Positions 8,317 to 17,411 of a stretch of DNA of 32,000 nt are shown piece by piece (the stretch's first letter is position 1; each line of letters begins with the position of its first letter). The notes below the pieces were generated by a model. It ran no database searches and was not told the DNA's origin. It saw nothing but the letters and a program-made list of their open reading frames with translations. The DNA is taken from assembly GCA_001761425.1 (NCBI GenBank), contig CP012986.1, forward strand, positions 570,001 to 602,000. Reading direction: 5' to 3'. Source of the DNA: Candidatus Saccharimonadota bacterium. Its GTDB lineage: Archaea; Nanohalarchaeota; Nanosalinia; Nanosalinales; Nanosalinaceae. Made by a program: the position numbers and the translations under genes.

Positions 8317-9063
8317 TTAGCCCAGGTGCATATCCCCGAGCTTGTCCCTTCGGTAAAGGTCGATCTCCGCAGCGTTGTTCCTGTCCTCCTGTCTCGCTGC
8401 ATAGACTACTGATTCTGCGATATCCTCTGGTTCTGTTACTTCTCCTTTCTCGAATGCTTGCCTGAAGGCCTCGCCTTCTTCCGAGTTGAACTCTGTTCTG
8501 ACCTCTGACGGATTGATCACGGTCACGCCGACGTCGTCGTCTCCTATCTGGCTGGAGAGGCTGAGGGCGAATCCGCGTGTCCACCATTTTGTCGCTGCGT
8601 ACAGCGGATTTCCTCCACGAGGATACTTCCCTGCTATACTACCTGTAAAGATCAGATTTCCGTCTGTTTCTTTCAGATGCGGTATAGCTGCTCTTGCTGT
8701 GAAAAACATGCCGTCGACGTTGACATCCATGGTTTTCCGGTAGTGTTCTGTAGGCATGTCTTCTATCTCGCCGGTCATGGCAAGGCCTGCGTTGTCGAAC
8801 ACTATGTCAAGCTGTCCGAACTCTTCGACAGTCTCTTCTACCATTTCCTCGACCTGTAGTTCATCTGTCACGTCTGTAGGCCTTACAAACGTATCTACTC
8901 CGTGTTTGTCTTCGAGGTTTTTTGCTATCTGTTCCAGTTCTTCTCCTGTCCTTGATGCAAGTGCGATGTCAACTCCTTTTTCCGCCAGTTTATGTGCTGA
9001 GGCTTTTCCGATTCCAGAGGATGCTCCCGTGATCAAGGCCTTTTTTCCGCTGAGTTCTTTCAT
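8317..9063 (-). CDS. short-chain dehydrogenase/reductase (SDR) family oxidoreductase
   Basis: TGASSGIG Rossmann motif near the N-terminus, plus the catalytic YAATK (YxxxK) motif. Confidence 0.85.
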   Translation of the reverse strand: MKELSGKKALITGASSGIGKASAHKLAEKGVDIALASRTGEELEQIAKNLEDKHGVDTFVRPTDVTDELQVEEMVEETVEEFGQLDIVFDNAGLAMTGEIEDMPTEHYRKTMDVNVDGMFFTARAAIPHLKETDGNLIFTGSIAGKYPRGGNPLYAATKWWTRGFALSLSSQIGDDDVGVTVINPSEVRTEFNSEEGEAFRQAFEKGEVTEPEDIAESVVYAARQEDRNNAAEIDLYRRDKLGDMHLG

Positions 9064-9119
9064 TGTATTTTTTCACCTGTAAACTGTTTTTGGAGGTTTG
9101 TCTGTTTTCAACATTGCTG

Positions 9120-9533
9120 TTAGAATCTGTGTTCCTTCCAGGTGTAGACTGTCTCGAAGCCGTAGTTAAAGGCGAAGCCTATGCATACTCCTATGATGTT
9201 TGCTAGAGGATACCAGATTCCCAGCCTGACACCGGCTTCAAGGGCCACGAGTGAGATAAGAATGCCTCCTGTACGGACAAGATTCGATTTCAGGAAACGA
9301 GTCATGATCTTTCCCGGTTCGCCGCTGTAAGTGTATCTGTTGTTCAATATGAACATCGCAGCGATCGAGGCCTCAGCACCTACCAGCTTTGCGACCAGCA
9401 GAGGAGAATTCAGGATTTCAACCAGAAAGATCAGCACAACTGTCTCCAATCCAAGGCCTAATACACTGGTTGCACAGAACTTGATAGTTCTTTTCACATC
9501 TGCGACCGTCTCCAGTAATTTCTTTACTTCCAC
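9120..9533 (-). CDS. GtrA-like small polytopic membrane protein (putative lipid-linked sugar translocase)
   Basis: 137 aa with about four hydrophobic segments. Its start overlaps the upstream membrane-protein gene by 10 nt. It is the last gene of the GT2-containing operon. Confidence 0.5.
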   Translation of the reverse strand: MEVKKLLETVADVKRTIKFCATSVLGLGLETVVLIFLVEILNSPLLVAKLVGAEASIAAMFILNNRYTYSGEPGKIMTRFLKSNLVRTGGILISLVALEAGVRLGIWYPLANIIGVCIGFAFNYGFETVYTWKEHRF

Positions 9534-10921
9534 TGTCCTAAGGCCTCCAGTTTCTCCTTGATAAACCTGTCGTAGATATAGCCAAGGAATGTATAGTTGA
9601 GATTGTTTCTTTCGTTAAACCCTTCCAGGTAAGTTCTGTCGGCTTTACCAGGTTTTTTACACAGCTCGCTGTAGCCGTAAACTGTGAAACGCCCGTTATC
9701 CTCAAGAACTGGTGCGGAAACATTCCTGTAATCCGGGCCTTTGAAGCTTATCGATCTGTAACCGTCCTGAAGCCTCTCCATAGTTATATTCTCGTTTGAG
9801 ACAGGTCTTGTCGGTGCGCCTGCGTAGTTAGTCATCAACCAGTACTCGGACTCTGCCATACATCCGTTCACAGCATCAGCAGAATCAAGATACTTTCCAG
9901 GAGGTGTAAGACCACTTATACCGAGGCCTAGACCGCCCACCACCAGATTAACTGCTGCAAGCATATAAAAGATTTTTTCCCGATCTACAATGGTCCAGGT
10001 CTTTGATGCGTAGAATGCTGCCGGGACTGTTAACGGGTAAAGATATCTGAGCGATCTGTAGTCTGCTGTCAAGTATGAGAGCGTTACAAGGCCTGAGTAA
10101 GAGATTATCAAGACATCTTCTCTCGAGAAATTTATTTTTTCTCTGATTTCGGGTTTGAGATAGGCCAGGAGGATCGCTGCTGTCGGCAGAGTCATTATCA
10201 AAAGGTTATGAGGGTTCAAAGCTGTGCTTGTGTATCTCAGGAATACGTTAAGCATCAGGAAGTTTCCGAAGCTTGTTAGAGGGTTTCCTGTCTGGATATA
10301 GTTGTAGAGGAGCCATGGGACCAGTGTCAGGCCTGAAATTATCCCGGTCTTGACTATCTTTTTCAGGTCTCTCTGGAGCAGGATCAGCGGTATCAGGACG
10401 CCGAAGTTATACCTTGTCAGGAATGTAAGGCCGAGCCAGAGGCCTGACCGGGTTTTCTGGAAGTCGGCGAGGAAAAGTAATGCAAAGGCTAGTGAAAGCA
10501 TCTCGGTGCCGTTCATCGTCGAGAAAAATATCACGGCAGGAGTTAATGCGAAAATGTAGAACTTATCCGGTTCAAGGTCAAAGCTTTCCGAGAACTTTCT
10601 GGAACCGTAAAGGAAAAAAGCTGATGTCAGGCCTATAAAGACGTACTCGGAGATCTTTCTAGTGAAGATGTACTGAAGGAGGCCCATCGCTGTGGAGGCG
10701 AGTGGGGGCCTCAGCCATTCCATGTAGAAACCGCTGTGGAAGATATACTCCCCGATCATCGAGTAAGTGTTGAAATCCCAGGACCATCCTGTGCTGTGCT
10801 GGTAAAGCATCAGACCTGTAGCAAGGAGGAAAAAGACCAGAGTCAGATCTGTATACCTTTCTCTGATCCCTCCAGAATATTCTTTGACTCTTTCCTCTAT
10901 TTTCTCCGTCTCTATCTCCAT
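9524..10921 (-). CDS. polytopic membrane protein, candidate GT-C-type (ArnT/PMT-like) glycosyltransferase
   Basis: 465 aa with about 10-11 hydrophobic helices followed by a ~110-aa soluble C-terminal domain. It sits between a GT2 Dol-P-sugar-synthase-like gene and a GtrA-like gene, with 10-nt overlaps at both ends. The function is inferred from context and topology only. Confidence 0.5.
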   Translation of the reverse strand: MEIETEKIEERVKEYSGGIRERYTDLTLVFFLLATGLMLYQHSTGWSWDFNTYSMIGEYIFHSGFYMEWLRPPLASTAMGLLQYIFTRKISEYVFIGLTSAFFLYGSRKFSESFDLEPDKFYIFALTPAVIFFSTMNGTEMLSLAFALLFLADFQKTRSGLWLGLTFLTRYNFGVLIPLILLQRDLKKIVKTGIISGLTLVPWLLYNYIQTGNPLTSFGNFLMLNVFLRYTSTALNPHNLLIMTLPTAAILLAYLKPEIREKINFSREDVLIISYSGLVTLSYLTADYRSLRYLYPLTVPAAFYASKTWTIVDREKIFYMLAAVNLVVGGLGLGISGLTPPGKYLDSADAVNGCMAESEYWLMTNYAGAPTRPVSNENITMERLQDGYRSISFKGPDYRNVSAPVLEDNGRFTVYGYSELCKKPGKADRTYLEGFNERNNLNYTFLGYIYDRFIKEKLEALGQWK

Positions 10922-11613
10922 AAATTGATCCTCAGTTCCACAGTCTTTCTCAGAAAGTAAACTGAATCTCTGAAAACACTGACTTTCGAATCAGTGCTCT
11001 CCTCCCAGTCCACAGAAAACTCTTTCACATCCATATCTTTTCTCTGCGCTCTTACAAGCATCTCGGCATCCCAGAACCAGTGACTGCTCTCTACCTCGCT
11101 GAAAACATCCTCCACAGCCTCCGGGTCAAAGGCCTTGAACCCACACTGGTGATCTTTTATCATGGAGCCGAAGGCTTTTCTAATAAGTTCGTTGAAAACC
11201 ATGCTCGGCATCTCCCGTTTAAGACCTCTGTCAAGGCCTTTTTCTATTCTTCTGGAGCCTACTGCTATGTCATAGCCTTTTTCCAGATGTTTTCCTGCGT
11301 CTTCTATATGTTTCAGTTCTGTTGAAAGGTCTGCATCCGAGTAGACGAATTTTTCTGCCTCTACTTCTTGAAAGGCTTTTTCAAATGCAAGGCCTTTCCC
11401 CAGTCTCTTATCGAATTTCAGGTGTTTGATTTCTGGTATCTCTTTTTCCAGTCTGTCTGCTTCTTCCTGTGTTCCGTCGGTTGACCCGTCTGTCACTAAA
11501 ACTATCTGGAAAGGATCTATCTCGGTTTCTCTGAGGAACTCGATGGTTTTCTGTGCTGTATCCTCCAGTATCTCTACCTCGTTGTATACAGGGTAGACCA
11601 CTGCGAGTTCCAT
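10912..11613 (-). CDS. GT2 family glycosyltransferase (dolichyl-phosphate hexose synthase-like)
   Basis: VVYPVYNE..., VLVTDGSTDGT and SDADLS (DxD-type) motifs typical of DPM/DPG synthase-like GT2 enzymes. Confidence 0.8.
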   Translation of the reverse strand: MELAVVYPVYNEVEILEDTAQKTIEFLRETEIDPFQIVLVTDGSTDGTQEEADRLEKEIPEIKHLKFDKRLGKGLAFEKAFQEVEAEKFVYSDADLSTELKHIEDAGKHLEKGYDIAVGSRRIEKGLDRGLKREMPSMVFNELIRKAFGSMIKDHQCGFKAFDPEAVEDVFSEVESSHWFWDAEMLVRAQRKDMDVKEFSVDWEESTDSKVSVFRDSVYFLRKTVELRINLWR

Positions 11614-11745
11614 AAAAAATATTTCGTGGAGTAAAATAGTTTAAACCTATAACCTTTCTCTGAAGTCTTCAAAGCTGTCCAGTACATGTAACGTACTGTA
11701 AGACAGTTTTTAGGCCTTCAGACCGGCTTGAAGCTTTGTGACACG

Positions 11746-12003
11746 ATGAATATCGAATCAGTTGAACTGGAGGACGAATATTTTCATGTCAGGTTCAATG
11801 ATCCTGAGAGATTTGAGGCTATCCGCACGCCTGACTGGGCAGCGAACGTTGCAACATCGGTTTCAGAAGGTGCAGAGGTCAGAATGGGTAATGAAAAGGA
11901 AGGTGATGACTGGGAGGTCCAGTCGGTTCTTATAGAGAAAAGTGAAGGTGAGGAAAAGGCTAGAGAACAGGCACAAAGGATAGTTGAAAAATTAAATGAT
12001 TAA
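11746..12003 (+). CDS. hypothetical small acidic protein
   Basis: The ORF is open from TTG 11728 and the first ATG is at 11746 (MNIESVELEDEYFHVRFNDPERF...). Composition is typical of the proteome. I recognise no family. Confidence 0.45.
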   Translation: MNIESVELEDEYFHVRFNDPERFEAIRTPDWAANVATSVSEGAEVRMGNEKEGDDWEVQSVLIEKSEGEEKAREQAQRIVEKLND

Positions 12004-12013
12004 AAAAAGTTTT

Positions 12014-12373
12014 TTAGACTCCTGGGACTCCTATGGCTTCGAAACTGCCGATACCTAGGAAAGCCAGTAAGTACAGTATGACAAGGACTGATATCCAGGC
12101 AACCAGAGCTATACTGGCTGCGTTCACCCATCCGCCTTCGTACATCGAGTTGATAAGGCCTACCCAGGCCAGCAGTGTGATCAAAGGTCCTAGAAGAGGT
12201 ATCCATCCGAATAGAAATCCTACTACTGCCCAGACTATTGCTCCGAAGAGAGCAGTCATAAAGGCGTTTCCGAAATCCTCTGTCCCCAGGATTAGTTTAG
12301 CTGAGATATATATTCCTGTCGCTCCCAGTAAGAGGCCTATCAGGAAGACGATTATGGAATCAATCAGTGCCAT
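12014..12373 (-). CDS. hypothetical integral membrane protein
   Basis: 119 aa with about four hydrophobic helices. The overlapping plus-strand ORF (12033-12386) is basic and low-complexity, which is atypical for this proteome. Confidence 0.6.
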   Translation of the reverse strand: MALIDSIIVFLIGLLLGATGIYISAKLILGTEDFGNAFMTALFGAIVWAVVGFLFGWIPLLGPLITLLAWVGLINSMYEGGWVNAASIALVAWISVLVILYLLAFLGIGSFEAIGVPGV

Positions 12374-12390
12374 ATCCAGTAATTGACGTC

Positions 12391-12400
12391 TTTTATATAA
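12391..12400 (-). promoter_or_regulatory. TATA-like box (TTTTATATAA) upstream of the membrane-protein gene
   Basis: Centred about 23 nt upstream of start codon 12373. Confidence 0.3.
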
Positions 12401-12446
12401 ACGGATTGTTGCATCCTTTCACCGTTTTTCACGGTTTTCAGGTTAG

Positions 12447-12455
12447 TTTAATATT
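12447..12455 (+). promoter_or_regulatory. TATA-like box (TTTAATATT) upstream of the glucan phosphorylase gene
   Basis: Centred about 30 nt upstream of ATG 12480. Confidence 0.3.
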
Positions 12456-12479
12456 CGAGTCCGCAGAAGTTTGAACTAT

Positions 12480-14069
12480 ATGAGTCGCCAGATATCCTAT
12501 TTTACGATGGAGATAGGCCTCAAACCTGAGATAAAGACTTACAGTGGAGGCCTCGGTGTACTGGCCGGTGACACCGTGAAGGCGGCAGCTGATCACGACC
12601 TTGATTTCACCGCGGTCACACTTCTCTACAGGAACGGTTACTTTAGACAGAGGATTGAGGGAAAGGAACAGGTTGAAGAGCCTCAGAACTGGCCTTATGA
12701 AGAGATACTGGAGGATACCGGTGAGAAAGTCTCTATCAAGATCCGTGGAAGAACTGTCGATGTAAAGATCTGGCGGCATAAAGTAAAGGGAGAGAAAGGA
12801 GACGCTGAAGTCCTGTTCCTGGACACAGGCCTTGAATCCAACACAGAGGAAGACAGAGAACTTACCTCACAGCTTTACATGGGAGGACAGGAGAAAAGAC
12901 TCTGTCAGGAAGCGGTCCTCGGGATAGCAGGGGTCAAAGCACTCTGGGAAACCGACAAAGAAACAGATTACTACCACATGAACGAAGGCCACTCCGCACT
13001 CCTCGTAACCGAGGCCTCAGGAAAAAAAGTATTCACAACTCATACACCTGTTCCGGCAGGTCACGACACATTTCCACAGGATTTAGTCGAGAAAGTTCTG
13101 CCACAGGAGAAAATAGATGATCTAGGCCTTGAAGGAAAGCTTAACATGACTGAACTGGCTCTAGAAAACTCTACATACAACAATGCTGTCTCTGACAGGC
13201 ACGCAGAAGTTACAAGAGAGATGTTTCCGGGGTACGAGTTCGACGCGGTAACTAACGGCATCCACACAGATACATGGGTATCAGAGCCTTTCAAAAAGCT
13301 CTTCGACCAGGAAATAAACCGCTGGTGCCTCGACCCGGCAAGATTGACAAAAGTAGCAGGATTCAGCGACAGAAAACTGTGGGAAGCAAAGAAAAAATCA
13401 AAGAAAAAACTTTCTGAACTCCTGAAACAGAACACGGGTCAAGGCCTCAACCCTGAAACATTTACAGTGGGCTTTGCCCGTCGAAGCACTTCCTACAAGA
13501 GGCCTACCTTGATCTTCAGGGATGTGGACAGGCTTGATTCTCTGGCCGAAGATTATGGTGGCTTACAGCTTGTATTTGCTGGAAAAGCCCACCCTGATGA
13601 TGTAGAAGGCAAAGACCTTATAAAACGTGTTCTGGAGTATGCTGGAATGCTTGAAAATGTCGAGGTCTACTTTGTAGAGGACTACGGAATGGGTGAAGCT
13701 TCCAGGATGGTTTCAGGTGTGGATCTATGGCTTAACAATCCTGAACGTGGTAAAGAGGCATCAGGCACCTCAGGTATGAAAGCTGCGTTAAACGGTGCTC
13801 CCCAGCTTTCAACTCCTGACGGCTGGTGGCTTGAAGGACATGTCGAGGGAGTGACCGGATGGGATATTGGCGAAGACTACGTTGAAGGAGAGGATGAAGA
13901 ACTGATTGACAGCCGTTCTATCTACGAAAAGATGGATAGAATCCTCTCTATATACCATAACGACAGAAAGGCCTGGATAAAAATTATGAAAAACTGCATA
14001 ACATTGAACGCCTCACATTTCAACACAGACAGAATGCTGAAAGAGTATCTGGCCAGAGCCTACAAGTAA
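12480..14069 (+). CDS. glgP: alpha-glucan phosphorylase (GT35 family)
   Basis: YFTMEIGL...YSGGLGVLAGD...LLYRNGYFRQ at the N-terminus, plus the PLP-lysine motif EASGTSGMKAALNG. The ORF is open from TTG 12471 and the first ATG is at 12480. Confidence 0.85.
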   Translation: MSRQISYFTMEIGLKPEIKTYSGGLGVLAGDTVKAAADHDLDFTAVTLLYRNGYFRQRIEGKEQVEEPQNWPYEEILEDTGEKVSIKIRGRTVDVKIWRHKVKGEKGDAEVLFLDTGLESNTEEDRELTSQLYMGGQEKRLCQEAVLGIAGVKALWETDKETDYYHMNEGHSALLVTEASGKKVFTTHTPVPAGHDTFPQDLVEKVLPQEKIDDLGLEGKLNMTELALENSTYNNAVSDRHAEVTREMFPGYEFDAVTNGIHTDTWVSEPFKKLFDQEINRWCLDPARLTKVAGFSDRKLWEAKKKSKKKLSELLKQNTGQGLNPETFTVGFARRSTSYKRPTLIFRDVDRLDSLAEDYGGLQLVFAGKAHPDDVEGKDLIKRVLEYAGMLENVEVYFVEDYGMGEASRMVSGVDLWLNNPERGKEASGTSGMKAALNGAPQLSTPDGWWLEGHVEGVTGWDIGEDYVEGEDEELIDSRSIYEKMDRILSIYHNDRKAWIKIMKNCITLNASHFNTDRMLKEYLARAYK

Positions 14070-14071
14070 CT

Positions 14072-14213
14072 CGGACCTGAAGGGATTTGAACCCTTGACT
14101 TCGAGGTATTTCCATTCGAAGACCAAGATCTTCTCTAACCCCCCAACTTTTGCGGAAGCTCAAGCAGGAGGTATTAGGAACCTCGCGCTCTGTCCATGCT
14201 GAGCTACAGGCCC
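14072..14213 (-). tRNA. tRNA-Arg (anticodon CCT) interrupted by a 67-nt intron at the canonical 37/38 position
   Basis: Exon 1 (14213->14175) is GGGCCTGTAGCTCAGCATGGACAGAGCGCGAGGTTCCTA. Exon 2 (14107->14072) is ACCTCGAAGTCAAGGGTTCAAATCCCTTCAGGTCCG. Joined, they give a 75-nt cloverleaf with a CGAGG/CCTCG anticodon stem and loop TTCCTAA. The 5' half is nearly identical to that of tRNA-Arg(TCG) at 8176-8250. Confidence 0.8.
14108..14174 (-). other. tRNA intron (67 nt)
   Basis: This sequence lies between the two exons. I saw no C/D-box motifs (RTGATGA / CTGA pair) in it. The bulge-helix-bulge fold was not verified by hand. Confidence 0.7.
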
Positions 14214-14293
14214 CTTTTCAGGTACTGTAAACTTTTGAGCATACTCCATTCTTTTAAAAAACCGGAGTTTGGAACTAGAAAACCGTATAAACT

Positions 14294-14971
14294 TTGCATA
14301 AAAACAGTAAAAATGTGGATCCTGCCTTCGGACAAGTTGAAATACTGGAACAGAGAAAAGCTGAACAGGTACTGCGGGAAACCGAGGAAAGAGTCCGTTC
14401 AGTAGCTCAGAGACAGGGAGTAAAACCTGTAGACGGCGAAGACACTTCATTCGAGATAAAGGCCTCCGCGGAAACTGTCGAAAGCCTTGAAGACCTGGAG
14501 CAGTATTTTGAAGGAATAAAAGGCCTGAGCTCCGCTGATATCGTTTTCTATGGCGAGTCACAGCAGAGAAGACATGGCACTCAGGAGCTGTCTGAAGATA
14601 TAGCTGTCAGAGTAGATTTCCCGGATCAAAGATTTCGAGATGTTTACCAGATGCTTGAAAAAGACTTTGGCGTTCAGAGAGTCCAGTTCTACATGACCGG
14701 AAGCGGTGAAGACAGTGTTGAGGCCTTCAGAGATACTTTGCCAGTTCTTGATGTCCGGACAGGAGATCTTGGGGATGCGAAAGGAGTCTATGTTAGTTAC
14801 AGGAATGGAGGCACTGTTGAGGCGATGTGGTCGGAGAAAGAAGATATTAAAGAAGTCTATGACAGCCTTCAGGGCCTAGGCCTTGGATATTACGGTGCTG
14901 TAGTTACTGGAGAGCAGGATTCCGAATGGGTCATCGCCGAGAATCCTTACGATGACTTTTCCGACATGTAG
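14294..14971 (+). CDS. hypothetical acidic protein
   Basis: 225-aa ORF with TTG 14294 or in-frame GTG 14315 as start. A TATA-like GTATAAAC sits at 14284-14291. I recognise no family. Confidence 0.45.
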   Translation: MHKNSKNVDPAFGQVEILEQRKAEQVLRETEERVRSVAQRQGVKPVDGEDTSFEIKASAETVESLEDLEQYFEGIKGLSSADIVFYGESQQRRHGTQELSEDIAVRVDFPDQRFRDVYQMLEKDFGVQRVQFYMTGSGEDSVEAFRDTLPVLDVRTGDLGDAKGVYVSYRNGGTVEAMWSEKEDIKEVYDSLQGLGLGYYGAVVTGEQDSEWVIAENPYDDFSDM

Positions 14972-15220
14972 CTATTCTTCGTCTATAACGTCTTCTATCT
15001 GGTATGTCTGTTCGCACTGAGGATATCCTTCACATCCCCAGAAGAACCCGTAACGTCCCTCCTTGATCTTCATCGGCATACCGCATTCAGGACACGCAAC
15101 TTCTTTCGGTTCATTTTCCCTATGCTCTTTGCAGACAGGCTGTCCTGCAGAATTTTTCTTCGTCGCATTCTCACCGCAGAACACGCACTTAGTCATCTTG
15201 GTTTCCTGAGGCATACCCAC
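14972..15220 (-). CDS. topoisomerase-type C4 zinc-ribbon protein
   Basis: CVFCG...CKEH and CPECGMPMKIKEGRYGFFWGCEGYPQC match the zf-C4 topoisomerase-IA-type finger pattern. GTG 15220 or ATG 15214 is the start. Confidence 0.65.
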   Translation of the reverse strand: MGMPQETKMTKCVFCGENATKKNSAGQPVCKEHRENEPKEVACPECGMPMKIKEGRYGFFWGCEGYPQCEQTYQIEDVIDEE

Positions 15221-15292
15221 CTAAGGAACTTCTACAGTTAAAAACCAAAACAAACCCGGTTAAAAATTTGTCATCAAACAGTAGAAAACACG

Positions 15293-16042
15293 ATGAGTTT
15301 CTCGGGTAAGACGCCAGAACAGCTCCTCGAAAAGGCCCAGGAATACGATGAAAAAGACCTGTACGGAAAGAGAGTCCAGGCCTTTAACAGCGTCTTACAG
15401 GTAGCTTTTGACGAGGCCTACAGGACGGGAGACGACGCTGATGCCATAGAGTTTGCGGAGGAGGTCTTCGCACCCAATATACAGGCCTTTTACAGTGAAG
15501 AAACAGGAAATACTGTCGACTATGAGAAATGGTTCAATAAGTTCTCGGGTATCGATTCTGAAGCCGGTATCTTCCATATACCAGCGACAGACTCGGCCCC
15601 ATACGATTATCTGAGGGGCTGTATGGAAACTGTAGAGGAAGATTACGACCACCTGGTAGGAGTCCATTCGGGAGGCCTTGCACCGCTCTATGCTGTTGAG
15701 GATCTTTTTGAAGCGGAGCCAGTAGTCCTGAGGTATTCTCACCGGGATAGAGAGGACGAAAACGTACAGATAACCCCGGGGATGGAGCAGAGAGCGGATT
15801 TCGATGGCTCAGAAATACTGGTTCTGGACGATGTAATCGAGTCTGGAGAGACTTTCCGGGAAGTAGGCCAGCACCTGAAAGATCAGGGAGCAGAAGGGAT
15901 TGATGCCGTACCTGTAAGGACCTCTGTGTGGAATATGTCTCATGACACAGAGATGCTTGACCTCCTGAAAGGAGGAGTGAAAAATACAGTAATCGAATAC
16001 GAGAAAAGAAAAGATTACACAGAAAAAGGATTCGAATCCTGA
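15293..16042 (+). CDS. phosphoribosyltransferase-domain protein with a ~120-aa N-terminal extension
   Basis: Type I PRTase PRPP-binding motif ILVLDDVIESGETF, preceded by VGVHSGGLAPLY. Confidence 0.6.
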   Translation: MSFSGKTPEQLLEKAQEYDEKDLYGKRVQAFNSVLQVAFDEAYRTGDDADAIEFAEEVFAPNIQAFYSEETGNTVDYEKWFNKFSGIDSEAGIFHIPATDSAPYDYLRGCMETVEEDYDHLVGVHSGGLAPLYAVEDLFEAEPVVLRYSHRDREDENVQITPGMEQRADFDGSEILVLDDVIESGETFREVGQHLKDQGAEGIDAVPVRTSVWNMSHDTEMLDLLKGGVKNTVIEYEKRKDYTEKGFES

Positions 16043-16055
16043 CAATGAAGGCCTT

Positions 16056-16988
16056 TTAGCTCTCTGATTTTTTCTCTTTGACATACTCAGCAGCGTTCAA
16101 TCCTGCCTGACATCCCTGTCCTGCTGAAACCACTAACTGCTGTTCACCGAGGTCTGTTACGTCCCCTGCAGCGTAGAGGCCTTCTGTTCTGGTCTCCATC
16201 TCCGGGTTGACGTTGATGTAGCCTCCTTCGTCGGTCTCTACAAGATCTGAGATTCCTGAGTTCGGTACTGTACCTATCTCGATAAATGCTCCTGCGACCT
16301 CGAGATCCGTTTTTTCGCCGTCTTTTTCGTATTTGAGGCCTTCCACCATTGGATCTCCGTATATTTCTTTTATCTGGGCGTTTTCGTGGTGTTCTACGTT
16401 TTCGGCTTCTCTTACCTGTTTTATGGTGATTTCTTCTCCGCTGTATCCTTCGCTCCTGTTTATGACATGTACTTTTTCCACGACATCGGTCAGGTAGGCT
16501 GCCGCTTCTGTTCCTGCGTATCCTGCTCCGACTACGGCGACCTCCTCGCCTTGATACAGCGGTCCATCACATACCGCACAGTATGAGACTCCTTTGCCGG
16601 TTAATTCCTCTTCACCCTTGACATCGAGTTTTCTGCGGTGTCCACCAGTTGCTATGACGACAGCTCTTGATTCAAGTACTTCTCCATCTTCCAGCTCGAC
16701 TTCAAACGTCTCATCATCTTTTTTTCTTACTTCTGTAGCTCTGAGGCCTTTCTTTTCCTCTACATCGTATTCTCTCATGTGTTCGACGAATTTTTCTGCC
16801 ATTTCCGGGCCCCCCATGCTTTTGATGCCCAGGTAGTTCTCCACTTTATCTGTGTTGTTTATCTGTCCCCCGTATTCGTCAGCTACCACAGTTGCTTCTA
16901 TACCTGCTCTTATGGCATATATTGCTGCTGACTGTGCTGCCGACGCTCCCCCTATGATAATCAAATCTCTCATATGAACACAATTCAT
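16056..16988 (-). CDS. trxB: thioredoxin-disulfide reductase
   Basis: IIIGGASAAQSAA FAD motif, redox-active CAVCDG, and VVGAGYAGTEAA NADPH motif. The second ATG at 16973 (MRDLIIIGG) fits the TATA spacing better. Confidence 0.9.
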   Translation of the reverse strand: MNCVHMRDLIIIGGASAAQSAAIYAIRAGIEATVVADEYGGQINNTDKVENYLGIKSMGGPEMAEKFVEHMREYDVEEKKGLRATEVRKKDDETFEVELEDGEVLESRAVVIATGGHRRKLDVKGEEELTGKGVSYCAVCDGPLYQGEEVAVVGAGYAGTEAAAYLTDVVEKVHVINRSEGYSGEEITIKQVREAENVEHHENAQIKEIYGDPMVEGLKYEKDGEKTDLEVAGAFIEIGTVPNSGISDLVETDEGGYINVNPEMETRTEGLYAAGDVTDLGEQQLVVSAGQGCQAGLNAAEYVKEKKSES

Positions 16989-17197
16989 GAACTATGATTT
17001 TTAACTCCGAACAAAACCGACAGGTAACCTCAACCAGGAAGGCCTACACTACACCAAAAATCTAAGTTTTCAAAAAAGGGCGGTTGATCGCCGAAAAACA
17101 GGATTAACACCTGGGCGATCCCGTTCAAAGGCCTCAAAAAAAGTTTTTGACCACAGACTAAAAGTGAAATCGATGATAGAATCCCGGAAACATATCC

Positions 17198-17206
17198 TTT
17201 AAAATA
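17198..17206 (+). promoter_or_regulatory. TATA-like box (TTTAAAATA) upstream of tRNA-Gly
   Basis: Centred about 35 nt upstream of tRNA position 1. Confidence 0.3.
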
Positions 17207-17236
17207 GTAACCAGATAGTCCATGATTAGACCTGAG

Positions 17237-17308
17237 GCGGCGTTGGTCCAGTGGCTAAGACTCCGGCCTTCCAAGCCGGCGACCCGGGTTCAAATCCCGG
17301 ACGCCGCA
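17237..17308 (+). tRNA. tRNA-Gly (anticodon TCC)
   Basis: GCGGCGTTGGTCCAGTGGCTAAGACTCCGGCCTTCCAAGCCGGCGACCCGGGTTCAAATCCCGGACGCCGCA. It has acceptor GCGGCGT/ACGCCGC, anticodon stem CCGGC/GCCGG, loop CTTCCAA, and T-arm CCGGG-TTCAAAT-CCCGG. Confidence 0.9.
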
Positions 17309-17310
17309 AA
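17293..17310 (+). repeat. direct repeat copy 1 (AATCCCGGACGCCGCAAA), the 3' end of tRNA-Gly
   Basis: 18-nt exact match to 17412-17429. Confidence 0.85.
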
Positions 17311-17411
17311 TACATCGTATTTGCTCGAAGAAGCATTGAAAATTCGAATCCTTCGCCCCTCATCACTTTGTGCTCTTAATTCCGGGATTTCTGAGAAAAC
17401 TTGTTTTCGCC

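Noticed and set aside
12033-12386. Plus-strand 117-aa ORF overlapping the membrane-protein gene
   Set aside because: It is basic and proline-rich with no hydrophobic or acidic character. The minus-strand product has a regular TM pattern and a TATA-like box at the correct spacing.
14108-14174. C/D-box guide RNA embedded in the tRNA intron (as in haloarchaeal tRNA-Trp)
   Set aside because: The 67-nt intron contains no RTGATGA box C and no properly placed CTGA box D.
14160-14561. Minus-strand 133-aa ORF and plus-strand 14196-14405 ORF
   Set aside because: They overlap the tRNA-Arg(CCT) exon 1 and promoter region. Their composition is basic and low-complexity.
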